From positions 16,294 to 80,293 of the forward strand of contig JBBIIG010000014.1 in the NCBI GenBank assembly GCA_037446635.1: a stretch of DNA of 64,000 bases, given 5' to 3'. Shown here piece after piece: positions 29,999 through 39,166 of this stretch; position 1 is the first letter of the stretch, and each line of letters opens with the position of its first letter. This DNA comes from a bacterium (GTDB taxonomy: Bacteria > Zhuqueibacterota > Zhuqueibacteria > Oceanimicrobiales > Oceanimicrobiaceae). Under the pieces are notes generated by a model. It saw nothing but the letters and a program-made list of their open reading frames with translations. It was not told the origin of the DNA and did no database searches. The translations under genes and the position numbers were made by a program.

Positions 29999-32740
29999 AT
30001 GCCAACGGTACGGTTTACAAAATCAATTTTATGGACGTTGCTGGCGAGCGCGATATTGCTGGCCGCAACGAACCTGTGGGCGGCGGGAGAATTCGTTCTA
30101 TCCACGCGCTCCGATTTTTCCACCAATGATCGCATTTTCACCCGCGACGACACGCTGTTCATGAAAGTCATTGTGCCCAATATCGATGTCACTGAAATTC
30201 ACGACAACGAATTTCGTTTGCACGCTGAGAGCGGCGGCGGAAATTTCGAGGGCAAATTCACCAACCATCTGAACGGCACCTTCACCGCGAAGCTGGCGCT
30301 AAAAAACGCCGATCCCGGCGAAGCTAACTGGGAATGGCGCGGCCGCATCCGCGATCGCCACGGCCGCGAATTTGAAGCCGAAGTGAATCTGCAAATCGTC
30401 GCCAGCATCAATGGCGATATCGAAGTGAGGCTCAAGGGTAAGATTGAGGCACTGGGTGCGGATTTTGTCGTTGTCCAAAAAACGAAAGTCTTTGTGGATG
30501 CCCATACCCAAATCGTTGATGAAAATGGACAGGCGTTGACGTTCGTCGATTTGCGCGTCGGGCAGTCGGTGACAGTGACCGCGGTACGGAAAGAGAACGG
30601 CGATCTACTGGCGCGGCGCATCGCGTTTGTTTCGCGTTCGGAAAACGAACTGGAGTTGAAAGGCGTCATCGAAAGCATCGACGAAAGCAGTCTCGTGGTG
30701 CTTGGTCTCACGTTCAAGGTCGATGCCAACACCGAAATTGAAGACCACGACAACAACCCGATTTCGTTGAATGATTTATCGGTTGGCCAGTTCGTGGAAA
30801 TCAAAGCGAAAATTCAGAGCGACGGCTCGCGGCTGGCGCTGCGCATCCGCGTTGAAGATCACTCCGGTGAAATCGAATTGAAGGGGAAAATTGAAGCGCT
30901 GGGCGACCACAGTTTGGTTGTCTCCGGCGTGACGTTTGAAGTTACAGCGAATACCGAAATCCTCGGCGACGATAACCAGCTTATTTCGTTTGCCGATTTG
31001 CAGGTCGGCTTTTTGGTGGAGGTGAAAGGCATTCCAACTCAAGGGGAAACGATCATGGCAACGCGCATCAAAGTGGAGGGAGAATTATTTGTCGATGATG
31101 AAATCGAGTTTACCGGGCTGGTGTTCGAGGTCGGCGATCATTTCATCGTGGTTTCCGGGTTGCGATTTGAAGTGAGCGCCGCCACCGTGATTTTAGATGA
31201 CGACAATCATCCCATTACTTTGGCCGACATTCGCGCCGGCGTGTTTGTGGAAATTCGCGCGGACGTTGCCGCCGATGGCTCATTGCAAGCGACCAAAATT
31301 AAAATCGAAGATCGCTTCGACGATGAGGTCGAATTGACCGGCGAAATCGAAAGCATCGGAGAAAACACCCTGACGGTCGATGGCAAAGTTTTTGTGGTCA
31401 ACGAAAGCACGGTGGTGCTGGACAACCGGAACCTGCCGATTCCCTTCAGTGCGCTGCAGGTTGGGATGCTCGTCGAAGTGCGCGCTGATTTGCAGTTGGA
31501 CGGCTCGCTGCTGGCGACGCGCATCAAAATCGAAGATCGCGATGACGACGAAGTGGAGCTGACGGGCCGCATTGAGGCGATTGTTGGCCAAACGCTGGTG
31601 GTCGGCGGCTTCACGTTCACCGTGGACGCCAACACCGTTGTTCTCGACAACCGCAATAACGCAATCGCCTTTGCCGACCTGCGCGTTGGGTTGATTGTGG
31701 AGATTCGCGCCGATAAGCAATTGGACGGAACGCTGCTCGCCACCCGCATCAAAATTGAAGACCGCATGGCAGACGAAGTGGAAATCACCGGATTGATTGA
31801 AGCCCTCACCGAGTCCGCGATCACCGTCGCAGGCCAAACCTTCCTGTTCACGGAAAACACCATCGTGCTGGATAATAACAATTTGCCCATTCCGCGCGCG
31901 AATCTTTCGGTGGGGCAGCGGGTGGAAATCAAAGGCGATCTTTTGGCGGACGGCACGCTCATCGCGCTGCGAATAAAATTAGAGGACGGCGCCAACAACG
32001 AAGTGGAGGTTGAAGGGCCAATCTCCGCGGTTGGTCTCGGCACGCTTGCGGTTCTGGAAAATAATTTCATCGTCAACCTCGGCACCGAGATTCTCGACAT
32101 CAACAATTTGCCAATCACATTGGGCGATTTGTTAGTTGGACAGGTCGTGAAAGTGCGCGCTGTGCTGGAACTGAACGGCACGCGCATCGCTACGCGCATT
32201 CAGTTGAAAAACGTGGTTGTGATGTCAGGCAATATCGCGCAGGTGAACGTGAATAGCGTGGTGATTTTGAATAAAGTTGTGAAGATTGATGCCAACACGT
32301 TGATTCTGGCCGAACAGAATCGCGCCATCGCTTTTGCGGATTTGAAAGTCGGCGACCGCGTGGAAGTGCGCGGTGAGCCGCAGCCCAACGATGAAGTAAA
32401 CGCGACGAAAATCAAAACTCAGCAGCCGAATGTGATTACCGGTATCGGCGATTCTGATGCGGGTTCCAACCTTCCCAAGCAGTTTGCGCTGGAGCAGAAT
32501 TATCCCAATCCCTTCAACCCGAGCACGAACATCAGTTACAATCTCGCGCGCGACGGCCGGGTTCGTCTCGCGGTGTACAACTTGCTGGGTCAGCGAGTCG
32601 CCACGCTGGTGGACGAGGTTCGCCCGGCTGGGAGTCACACTTTAACCTGGAATGCCGCGAATCTTCCCAGCGGCATTTACATCTACCGTCTGGAAGCCGG
32701 CGGCAATGTGTTGTCGCGGCGGATGACACTTTTGAAGTGA
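29999..32740 (+). CDS. Large T9SS-sorted protein built from ~10 tandem DUF5666-like repeats
   Basis: RBS AGGAGGA before ATG 29999 (the ORF track starts at 29939). The repeat unit is ..EVELTGxIEAIGxxTLVVxGxTFxVxANTxVLDxxNxPIxFADLxVGxxVEVRAxxQxDGSLLATRIKIED. C-terminus FALEQNYPNPFNPSTNISYNL..GIYIYRLEAGGNVLSRRMTLLK. The antisense ORFs across the repeats look spurious. Confidence 0.8.
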   Translation: MPTVRFTKSILWTLLASAILLAATNLWAAGEFVLSTRSDFSTNDRIFTRDDTLFMKVIVPNIDVTEIHDNEFRLHAESGGGNFEGKFTNHLNGTFTAKLALKNADPGEANWEWRGRIRDRHGREFEAEVNLQIVASINGDIEVRLKGKIEALGADFVVVQKTKVFVDAHTQIVDENGQALTFVDLRVGQSVTVTAVRKENGDLLARRIAFVSRSENELELKGVIESIDESSLVVLGLTFKVDANTEIEDHDNNPISLNDLSVGQFVEIKAKIQSDGSRLALRIRVEDHSGEIELKGKIEALGDHSLVVSGVTFEVTANTEILGDDNQLISFADLQVGFLVEVKGIPTQGETIMATRIKVEGELFVDDEIEFTGLVFEVGDHFIVVSGLRFEVSAATVILDDDNHPITLADIRAGVFVEIRADVAADGSLQATKIKIEDRFDDEVELTGEIESIGENTLTVDGKVFVVNESTVVLDNRNLPIPFSALQVGMLVEVRADLQLDGSLLATRIKIEDRDDDEVELTGRIEAIVGQTLVVGGFTFTVDANTVVLDNRNNAIAFADLRVGLIVEIRADKQLDGTLLATRIKIEDRMADEVEITGLIEALTESAITVAGQTFLFTENTIVLDNNNLPIPRANLSVGQRVEIKGDLLADGTLIALRIKLEDGANNEVEVEGPISAVGLGTLAVLENNFIVNLGTEILDINNLPITLGDLLVGQVVKVRAVLELNGTRIATRIQLKNVVVMSGNIAQVNVNSVVILNKVVKIDANTLILAEQNRAIAFADLKVGDRVEVRGEPQPNDEVNATKIKTQQPNVITGIGDSDAGSNLPKQFALEQNYPNPFNPSTNISYNLARDGRVRLAVYNLLGQRVATLVDEVRPAGSHTLTWNAANLPSGIYIYRLEAGGNVLSRRMTLLK

Positions 32741-32756
32741 CCCGGAATTGCCCGGA

Positions 32757-32790
32757 ATTGCCTGGCACTTCAAAAGTGCCAGGCAATTTT
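32757..32790 (+). terminator. Family A palindromic terminator (ATTGCCTGGCACT-TCAAA-AGTGCCAGGCAAT plus TTTT), 17 nt after the stop
   Basis: 13-bp perfect stem, the same sequence as 22707-22739, followed by a T-tract. Confidence 0.65.
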
Positions 32791-32803
32791 AACCCCACGT
32801 TGT

Positions 32804-32831
32804 GTAGGGGCGTATGGCCATACGCCCCTAC
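32804..32831. repeat. Family B palindrome (GTAGGGGCGTATGG|CCATACGCCCCTAC)
   Basis: Perfect 14-bp inverted repeat. The same core as 24019-24042. Confidence 0.5.
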
Positions 32832-33042
32832 TGTGAAATGATTCTGTAACCCGGGGGGGCGATTCATGAATCGTCCCTCCGGGATCCCATAATTATCGCC
32901 TTTCTCCTTAAATCAAAAGCAGGCGCGGACGTTTGAAAGTCTCGCGCCTGCTTTATTTTTCTGGATGAAATTTTTCATTCAAAGGGTTGCCTTAGTTGCA
33001 AAGATTGTTAGATTGATGGATTAATTCAAGGAGACCAAATTC

Positions 33043-34434
33043 ATGCCGACCGAAAAATTCGACGCCATCGTCATCGGCTCCGGACAGGGTGGGGGGCCGC
33101 TTGCCACCACCCTCGCCAACGCCGGCTGGAAAAGCGCGCTCATCGAAAAAGAGCACGTGGGCGGCACCTGTGTGAACGAAGGCTGCACGCCGACGAAAAC
33201 TATGGTCGCCAGCGCCCGCGTGGCGTATTTGACGAGGCGCGCTGCGGACTACGGGGTCCACACCGGGCCGATCAGCGTGGATATGAAAAAAGTGCGCCAG
33301 CGCAAGCGGGACATCGTCACCAGCTTCCGCAGCGGCAGCCAGAAGCGAATGGAGAGCACTAAAAATCTCGAGCTGATTTTTGGCGAAGCGCGCTTCACGG
33401 CGCCGAAAACCATCGAAGTGAAATTGAACGCGGGCGGCGTGCGACAAATGGCCGCCGATAAAATTATCATCAACACTGGCACGCGGCCGGTGAATCCACC
33501 GGTGCCGGGACTCGATCAGGTTCCCACGCTCAACTCAACTTCGATCATGGAACTCGACACCGTGCCGAAGCGCCTGCTGGTAATGGGCGGCGGCTACATC
33601 GGTTTGGAGTTCGGACAAATGTTCCGGCGTTTCGGCAGCGAGGTGACGATTGTCCAGCGCGGCAAGCAACTGCTGGCGCGCGAAGACGACGACGTAGCCG
33701 ATGAGGTCGCAAAAATTCTGCGCGCAGATGGCATCGAAGTGCTGCTGGAAACCGAAGCCGTGAGCGTTTCAAAAAATTCGAATGGCGAAATTAATCTCAA
33801 AGTCAAAAACAGCGCGGGCGAACGAACGCTGACCGGGACGCATTTTCTGGTGGCGGTGGGTCGTATTCCCAACAGCGATCGCCTCAACCTCGAATCCGCC
33901 GGCGTGAAGCTTGACAAACGCGGCTTCATTCAAGTAAACGAGCGGCTCGAAACCTCGGCGGCGGAGGTGTACGCCCTCGGCGATGTGAAGGGCGGACCGA
34001 TGTTCACTCACATTTCTTACGATGATTTTCGCATCCTGCGCGCCAATCTTTTGGAAAAGGATGGCGCCGCGATCACGGGGCGGCTGGTGCCCTACACGGT
34101 GTTCATCGATCCGCAATTAGGCCGCGTGGGATTGACCGAAACCGAAGCCCGCGAAAGAGGCTTGAATTTCAAAGTCGCGAAAATGCCCATGAATTACGTC
34201 GCTCGCGCGTTGGAAATGGACGAGTCCCGCGGCTTCATGAAAGCCGTTGTGGATGCCGGCAGCAAACAAATTCTCGGCGCCGCGATTTTTGGCATCGAGG
34301 GCGGGGAGATGATGGCGGCCCTGCAAATAGCGATGATGGGCAAGCTGCCGTACACCGTATTGCGCGACGCCGTCTTTGCGCACCCCACTTTAGCGGAGGC
34401 CTTCAACAATCTTTTCTCGACATTGGATTCGTAG
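33043..34434 (+). CDS. Class-I pyridine nucleotide-disulfide oxidoreductase (FAD/NAD(P)-dependent; dihydrolipoamide dehydrogenase/mercuric reductase-like core, without an HMA domain)
   Basis: RBS AAGGAG. FAD site [12 protein letters not shown]. Redox disulfide [16 protein letters not shown](P) site [14 protein letters not shown]-terminal dimerisation-domain His (AHPTLAE). Confidence 0.85.
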   Translation: MPTEKFDAIVIGSGQGGGPLATTLANAGWKSALIEKEHVGGTCVNEGCTPTKTMVASARVAYLTRRAADYGVHTGPISVDMKKVRQRKRDIVTSFRSGSQKRMESTKNLELIFGEARFTAPKTIEVKLNAGGVRQMAADKIIINTGTRPVNPPVPGLDQVPTLNSTSIMELDTVPKRLLVMGGGYIGLEFGQMFRRFGSEVTIVQRGKQLLAREDDDVADEVAKILRADGIEVLLETEAVSVSKNSNGEINLKVKNSAGERTLTGTHFLVAVGRIPNSDRLNLESAGVKLDKRGFIQVNERLETSAAEVYALGDVKGGPMFTHISYDDFRILRANLLEKDGAAITGRLVPYTVFIDPQLGRVGLTETEARERGLNFKVAKMPMNYVARALEMDESRGFMKAVVDAGSKQILGAAIFGIEGGEMMAALQIAMMGKLPYTVLRDAVFAHPTLAEAFNNLFSTLDS

Positions 34435-34477
34435 AAGACAGTCCGAAATTGTAGCCAAAGTTGTCCGCAGCGGACGC

Positions 34478-35428
34478 GTGGAGAGCAGCCACCGTGGGCA
34501 CATTACTGTAGTCGATGCCGACGGAAATTTGCACGCGTCTGTGGGCGATCCTAACCACGCTACCTACATGCGCTCCGCCGCCAAGCCGGTGCAGATCATG
34601 CCGCTGCTCGAAGACGGCGTGGACCAACATTTCGGACTCACCGATTCGGAGCTGGCAGTGATCATGGCTTCGCACAACGGCGAGGAGGTTCACGTTCGCG
34701 CCGTTGAAAGCATCCTCAAAAAAATTGGACTCACGGACAGCAATCTCAAATGCGGCTTTCATCCCCCGATGTACGGACCCGCCGCGGCTCATCACATCCA
34801 ACAAAATCTTCCCAAATCCCCGATTTACAACAACTGCTCCGGCAAGCACTCCGGCATGTTGGCGGTGGCTAAATTTCACAACTGGCCGCTGGAGAATTAC
34901 CTCGATCCCCATCATTCCCTGCAAAGTCGCATCAAAGAACGGATGGCGTTTTTCTCGGGTTTAAATGAAGATGAAATCGGCGTGGGCGTGGATGGCTGCA
35001 GCGCGCCGGTGTTTTATCTGCCCCTCAAAAACATGGCGCTGATTTATGCGAAGTTAGCCGCGGGTGTGACTCAATCCGCCAACCGAGTTTTTGAAATCAT
35101 GACTGCTCATCCGGAAATGATTGCCGGCACCGGCCGCTTCGATTCTGAATTGATGCGAGTGACGTCCGGCCGCATGATCAGCAAAGTCGGCGCGGAGGGA
35201 ATTCGGTGCGTTGGAGTTGTGGGTGAGCGGCCGCTGGGTATTGCTCTCAAAATTGCAGACGGCAGCAAACGCGCTTCGGAGGCGGTGATGCTGGAGGCGC
35301 TGGGGCAATTGAAGTTGATTTCTGAAGCCGAATTGGATGCTCTGGCAGATTTTTATCGTCCCGAGATTGTGAATTTTGCGGGAATTGAGACGGGCGTCAT
35401 TCGTCCGGAGTTTGAGTTGCGGCTCTAA
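34478..35428 (+). CDS. L-asparaginase II family protein (PF06089). The true N-terminus probably begins ~10 codons upstream, without a canonical start.
   Basis: ..VESSHRGHITVVDADG..YMRSAAKPVQIMPLL..IMASHNGEEVHV..IYNNCSGKHSGMLAVA... The in-frame upstream residues EIVAKVVRSGR also fit the family N-terminus, but no ATG/GTG/TTG precedes them. Confidence 0.8.
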   Translation: MESSHRGHITVVDADGNLHASVGDPNHATYMRSAAKPVQIMPLLEDGVDQHFGLTDSELAVIMASHNGEEVHVRAVESILKKIGLTDSNLKCGFHPPMYGPAAAHHIQQNLPKSPIYNNCSGKHSGMLAVAKFHNWPLENYLDPHHSLQSRIKERMAFFSGLNEDEIGVGVDGCSAPVFYLPLKNMALIYAKLAAGVTQSANRVFEIMTAHPEMIAGTGRFDSELMRVTSGRMISKVGAEGIRCVGVVGERPLGIALKIADGSKRASEAVMLEALGQLKLISEAELDALADFYRPEIVNFAGIETGVIRPEFELRL

Positions 35429-35508
35429 ACACCGGGGTCTTTAAGACGCCGGAGTTTCATTGATCTACTTTCGTGCAAACTCCGGGGTCTTTAAGACCCG
35501 GAGTTTTA
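35427..35508 (+). repeat. Two copies of family D palindrome (AAACTCCGGGGTCTTTAAGACCCGGAGTTT), terminator-like, after the asparaginase gene stop
   Basis: Copy 1 at 35427-35460 has one mismatch. Copy 2 at 35477-35508 is followed by TTTTAGT. A third copy lies at 37088-37120. Confidence 0.55.
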
Positions 35509-35707
35509 GTGAGTTTCTCTCACTTTTGCGTTTCCGTTTATCAGAAATAAGAAAAGTTCTCTCCCCACGGAAATCTCCCAATTCAGCAGAGCTTTATAAA
35601 TCAGTCGGTTAAACTCCTCTAGAATCTCACCCAAAATCTGGCATCATTTTCGCTTGAGCGACTTAAACCTTTGCAAGGTTTTTTGAAATCAAACCGAGGA
35701 GAACATA

Positions 35708-37084
35708 ATGCAATTCCCTGCTGAGCCGTTCAAAATCAAAGTCGTGGAAAAAGTCAAACGCACTACCCGCGAGGAGCGCGACCGGCTGCTGCGGGAGGGC
35801 GGATTCAATGTTTTCAATTTGCCGGCGGAGAGCATCTACATCGATCTGCTCACCGACAGCGGCACCGCGGCCATGAGCGACTACCAGTGGGCCGGCCTGA
35901 TGATGGGCGATGAGTCCTACGCCGGCAGCCGCAATTTTTACAACTTCCAAAATGTTGCGCGCGAGATTTTCGGGTTCAAACACATCGTGCCCACTCACCA
36001 GGGGCGCGTGGCGGAGAACCTGCTGTTCTCGGTGGTGCTGAAAGAGGGCGACATCGTCCCCAACAATATCCACTTTGACACCACGCGCGCCAACGTGGAG
36101 TATCACAAAGCCCGCGCCGCGGATCTGGTAATCGATGAGGGCTTGGACCCGAGCAGCGAGTTTGCGTTCAAAGGCAACATAGATTTGCGGAAGTTGGAGG
36201 CCGTGATCAAAGAGTACGGACGCGAGCGCATCCCGCTGGTGATGATGACCATCACCAACAACTCCGGCGGCGGCCAGCCGGTATCGATGCAGAATATTCG
36301 CGAGACCAAAGCGCTTTTACAGAAATACAACATCCCGCTCTTTTTCGACGCCTGCCGTTTTGCCGAGAATTGTTATTTCATCAAAGAGCGCGAGCCGGGC
36401 TGCGAAAACAAAACCATCCTCGAAATCGCGCAGGAATTGTTTTCTTACGGCGACGGCTGCACCATGAGCGCCAAAAAAGACGGATTGGTGAACATCGGCG
36501 GGTTCCTCGCCACCAACAATGACGAGTGGGCCGAGCACATCAAGAATCTCGAAATTTTGATAGAGGGCTTTCCCACCTACGGCGGACTCGCCGGCCGCGA
36601 CCTCGAAGCCATGGCGCGCGGCCTGCAGGAAGTGCTGGATGAAGATTACCTGCGCTTCCGCATCAGTCAAGTCCGCAATCTCGGTGAGCAGTTGATCGCC
36701 GCCGGCGTGCCGATTGTCAAGCCCGTGGGTGGCCACGCGGTTTATCTCAATGCCCGCGAGTTTCTGCCGCACATTCCGCAGGAACAATTTCCGGCGCAGG
36801 CGCTGACGGTGGCGCTCTATCGCGAAGCCGGCATCCGCGCGGTGGAAATCGGCAGCTTGATGTTCGGCTCGAAAGACCCGAAGACCGGCAAAGTCACGTA
36901 TCCCAAGTTGGAATTGGTGCGGCTGGCGATTCCGCGGCGAGTTTATACGACGATGCATATCAACTACGTGGCGGAATCGATCATCGAGATTTTCAAGAAT
37001 CGCGAGTCGTTGAAGGGGCTGCGAATCGTGAAAGAAGCGCCGTTTCTGCGTCACTTCACGGCGGTGTTGGAGGAGGTGGGGTGA
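35708..37084 (+). CDS. PLP-dependent beta-eliminating lyase of the tryptophanase/tyrosine phenol-lyase family (closest to TPL)
   Basis: RBS GAGGAG. ..FPAEPFKIKVVE..IYIDLLTDSGTAAMSDYQWAGLMMGDESYAGSRNFY..FGFKHIVPTHQGRVAENLL..MSAKKDGLVNIGGF. By my recall of both sequences it matches TPL more closely than TnaA. Confidence 0.85.
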   Translation: MQFPAEPFKIKVVEKVKRTTREERDRLLREGGFNVFNLPAESIYIDLLTDSGTAAMSDYQWAGLMMGDESYAGSRNFYNFQNVAREIFGFKHIVPTHQGRVAENLLFSVVLKEGDIVPNNIHFDTTRANVEYHKARAADLVIDEGLDPSSEFAFKGNIDLRKLEAVIKEYGRERIPLVMMTITNNSGGGQPVSMQNIRETKALLQKYNIPLFFDACRFAENCYFIKEREPGCENKTILEIAQELFSYGDGCTMSAKKDGLVNIGGFLATNNDEWAEHIKNLEILIEGFPTYGGLAGRDLEAMARGLQEVLDEDYLRFRISQVRNLGEQLIAAGVPIVKPVGGHAVYLNAREFLPHIPQEQFPAQALTVALYREAGIRAVEIGSLMFGSKDPKTGKVTYPKLELVRLAIPRRVYTTMHINYVAESIIEIFKNRESLKGLRIVKEAPFLRHFTAVLEEVG

Positions 37085-37087
37085 TCT

Positions 37088-37120
37088 AAACTCCGGGGTC
37101 TGGAAGAACCCGGAGATTTA
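37088..37120 (+). terminator. Family D palindromic hairpin (AAACTCCGGGGTC-TGGAAGAA-CCCGGAGATTT), 4 nt after the lyase stop
   Basis: Shares its arms with the two hairpins at 35427-35508. Confidence 0.5.
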
Positions 37121-37130
37121 TAAGCAATTT

Positions 37131-37178
37131 TCGAAAATCGGATAACGTTATTCGGTTTTCGATTTCCGATTTCCGAAT
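37131..37178. repeat. 7-bp-period ATTTCCG/CGGAAAT-type repeat cluster, family G
   Basis: TCGAAAATCGGATAACGTTATTCGGTTTTCGATTTCCGATTTCCGAATCC. It is related to the tandem array at 41831-41923. Confidence 0.4.
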
Positions 37179-37249
37179 CCCAAAAATAAGCCTTGAAAAT
37201 CCACCTTTATTATCCTATATTGTGGCGTTTTATTCTTGAAAATAAACCG

Positions 37250-37281
37250 AACCCTGTCAGGGTTTCAAACCCTGACAGGTT
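37250..37281. repeat. Family E palindromic element (AACCCTGTCAGGGTT-TC-AAACCCTGACAGGTT)
   Basis: Two abutting copies of the 15-bp palindromic core seen at 1997-2029 and 56364-56379. Confidence 0.5.
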
Positions 37282-37298
37282 ATGACAGCGGAGGTTAA

Positions 37299-37973
37299 TT
37301 GCTCAAAGCCGTGCTCTTTGATTACGATGGCGTATTAGTTGACAGCATGAATTATCATGTGCAGGCCTGGCAGATCGTGTTCAAAGAATTCAACATCGAG
37401 ATTCGCCCCGAAGAGGTGTTGCTTGCCGAAGGCGCCCGTTCCATTGAGTTGGCGCGTCAAATTTTGTCCCAAAATAACATTCTCATTGCGGAAGATAAAT
37501 TAGTGGAGTTTGTAGAAAAGAAGCAGCGGACTTATCATGAAATCACCGGCGCCAAATTTTTGGAGGATGCGCGAAAGTTGATTCTGAAAGTAAAGAAGCG
37601 TGAGATGCGCGTGGGAGTGGTGAGCGGCGGCGCGCGCTTCGATATTGAAAATTCGCTGCCGCCGGACGTGCGCGGGCAAATCGATGTGATTATTTCCGGC
37701 GAAGACGTTCGCCGCGGCAAACCCGACCCCGAAGGATACCTGAACGCCGCGCAGAAGTTAGGGGTATTGCCAGCCGAGTGTTTGGTGATCGAGAACGCGC
37801 CGTTTGGCATTGAGGCCGCGAAACGCGCCGGGATGAAAGTGGCCGCGGTGGCGACGACCTTGCCGCGGCATCTGTTAAATGGCGCCGATTTTCACGCCGA
37901 TGATCTCGCGCACTTGAATAAACAATGGCCATTAATTTTTAAGCCGCAAGTCCAAACCCAGAAAGTCGATTGA
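37299..37973 (+). CDS. HAD-superfamily hydrolase (subfamily IA, beta-phosphoglucomutase/phosphatase-like)
   Basis: TTG start after GGAGG. Motif I LKAVLFDYDGVLVDS. Motif II VGVVSGG. Motif III/IV K..GDV..GKPDP..IENAPFGIEAA. Confidence 0.85.
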   Translation: MLKAVLFDYDGVLVDSMNYHVQAWQIVFKEFNIEIRPEEVLLAEGARSIELARQILSQNNILIAEDKLVEFVEKKQRTYHEITGAKFLEDARKLILKVKKREMRVGVVSGGARFDIENSLPPDVRGQIDVIISGEDVRRGKPDPEGYLNAAQKLGVLPAECLVIENAPFGIEAAKRAGMKVAAVATTLPRHLLNGADFHADDLAHLNKQWPLIFKPQVQTQKVD

Positions 37974-37996
37974 TCTTTTTACCCAAGGAATGGTTC

Positions 37997-39166
37997 GTGC
38001 CAGTTAATCGTACTATTCGAAGTTTTGTTATTCATCTCTTCCTTCTCGTTTTATTTTTTTCTTGCACACAGAATCCCATCCAGGTTGATGTCCGCGTCTC
38101 GCCGGAGCTATCCGAGCTTATTGTGCCGGCGCTGGTGTACAATCAATCTGCCCGCAAACACGTGATCTCGGTTAAAGTGGTAGATCCCCAGGGCGTAGCG
38201 GACATTTCGCAAGTATCGCTCACGATTACCAAAGCCGGCGAGTCCGTTCCGGCGCTGCAAAAAAATCTGGTGGATGACGGAACTCAGGGGGACATCATTC
38301 CCAAGGATGGCGTGTTCGCGGCGCAAATTGATGGCAACTTCGCTGGGGGCGAGGTCGGCGAGTTTCGCGCAGCGGCATCGGCCACCGACTTAAGCGGTAA
38401 CCAGAGTAACACGCTGGAGGCGACCATCACCGTCGCGGCGGGCGCCGAGAATCTGCCGCCGGAAATTAAAAATGTTTCGGCGCCGAGTTCGGTGGCAGTG
38501 GATGTGCCGTCGGATTTTATTGTGCAAGTGGAGATCACCGATCCCAATGGTCTGGAAGACGTGCTTCTCGTGCGCTCGGAATTTTTTCCGCCAGCTCACC
38601 CAACTCCAACAAAAGTTGACACTCTCAACGATGATGGCCTGAATGGCGATATCGAAGCCGGCGACGGGGTTTACACCGCCACGTTTAGCTCAAGCCAATT
38701 TCGGGAAGCAGCGGATTATTTTCTGCGCATTGTGGCGGAAGACCGCGCGGGCGATTTCAGCGCGGCGGCGGTGGCCGGAATCCGCGGCGTATTTTTGAAT
38801 CCACGCGCGCCAGTGATCTCCAATTTAGTGGCGCCCGACACCGTTCGGGTGGACCCCAATCAGGTGGTGCAGATTTTAATGACCATCGACGCCTCCGACC
38901 CGCAGGGTTTGTCGGACATCGATTTCGTGCGCTTCCGCAGCTTCCTGCCCGATGGCCGGGAAGCCACCGACAGCCCGTTTGAAATGGCCGACGACGGCAA
39001 CCGCGCCCGCAGCGGCGATCTGATTGCCGGCGACGGCACCTACAGCATCATCATCAATCTGCCGCCAGGGACCACGCCCGGAAATTTTCGTTTCGTGTTT
39101 GAAGCCAAAGATAAATCGAATTTGTTCAGCAACCAAATCGAACATATTATCACGGTGATTCAGTGA
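37997..39166 (+). CDS. Hypothetical lipoprotein with repeated Ig-like modules carrying the DDGxxGDxxAGDGVY motif
   Basis: GTG 37997 is preceded by AAGGAA; the ORF track starts at TTG 37970, overlapping the HAD stop. Lipobox LFFSC. Three repeats (..DDGTQGDIIPKDGVFAAQ.., ..NDDGLNGDIEAGDGVYTATF.., ..ADDGNRARSGDLIAGDGTYSII..). Confidence 0.7.
   Translation: MPVNRTIRSFVIHLFLLVLFFSCTQNPIQVDVRVSPELSELIVPALVYNQSARKHVISVKVVDPQGVADISQVSLTITKAGESVPALQKNLVDDGTQGDIIPKDGVFAAQIDGNFAGGEVGEFRAAASATDLSGNQSNTLEATITVAAGAENLPPEIKNVSAPSSVAVDVPSDFIVQVEITDPNGLEDVLLVRSEFFPPAHPTPTKVDTLNDDGLNGDIEAGDGVYTATFSSSQFREAADYFLRIVAEDRAGDFSAAAVAGIRGVFLNPRAPVISNLVAPDTVRVDPNQVVQILMTIDASDPQGLSDIDFVRFRSFLPDGREATDSPFEMADDGNRARSGDLIAGDGTYSIIINLPPGTTPGNFRFVFEAKDKSNLFSNQIEHIITVIQ

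Noticed and set aside
30199-32199. Long minus-strand ORFs (30199-30804, 31207-32199, 31280-31837) antisense to the DUF5666-repeat gene
   Set aside because: They are low-complexity Ser/Thr/Arg-rich translations of the reverse strand of a GC-rich repetitive gene. They have no RBS and no recognisable domain. The sense-strand gene has clear repeat and T9SS-domain support.
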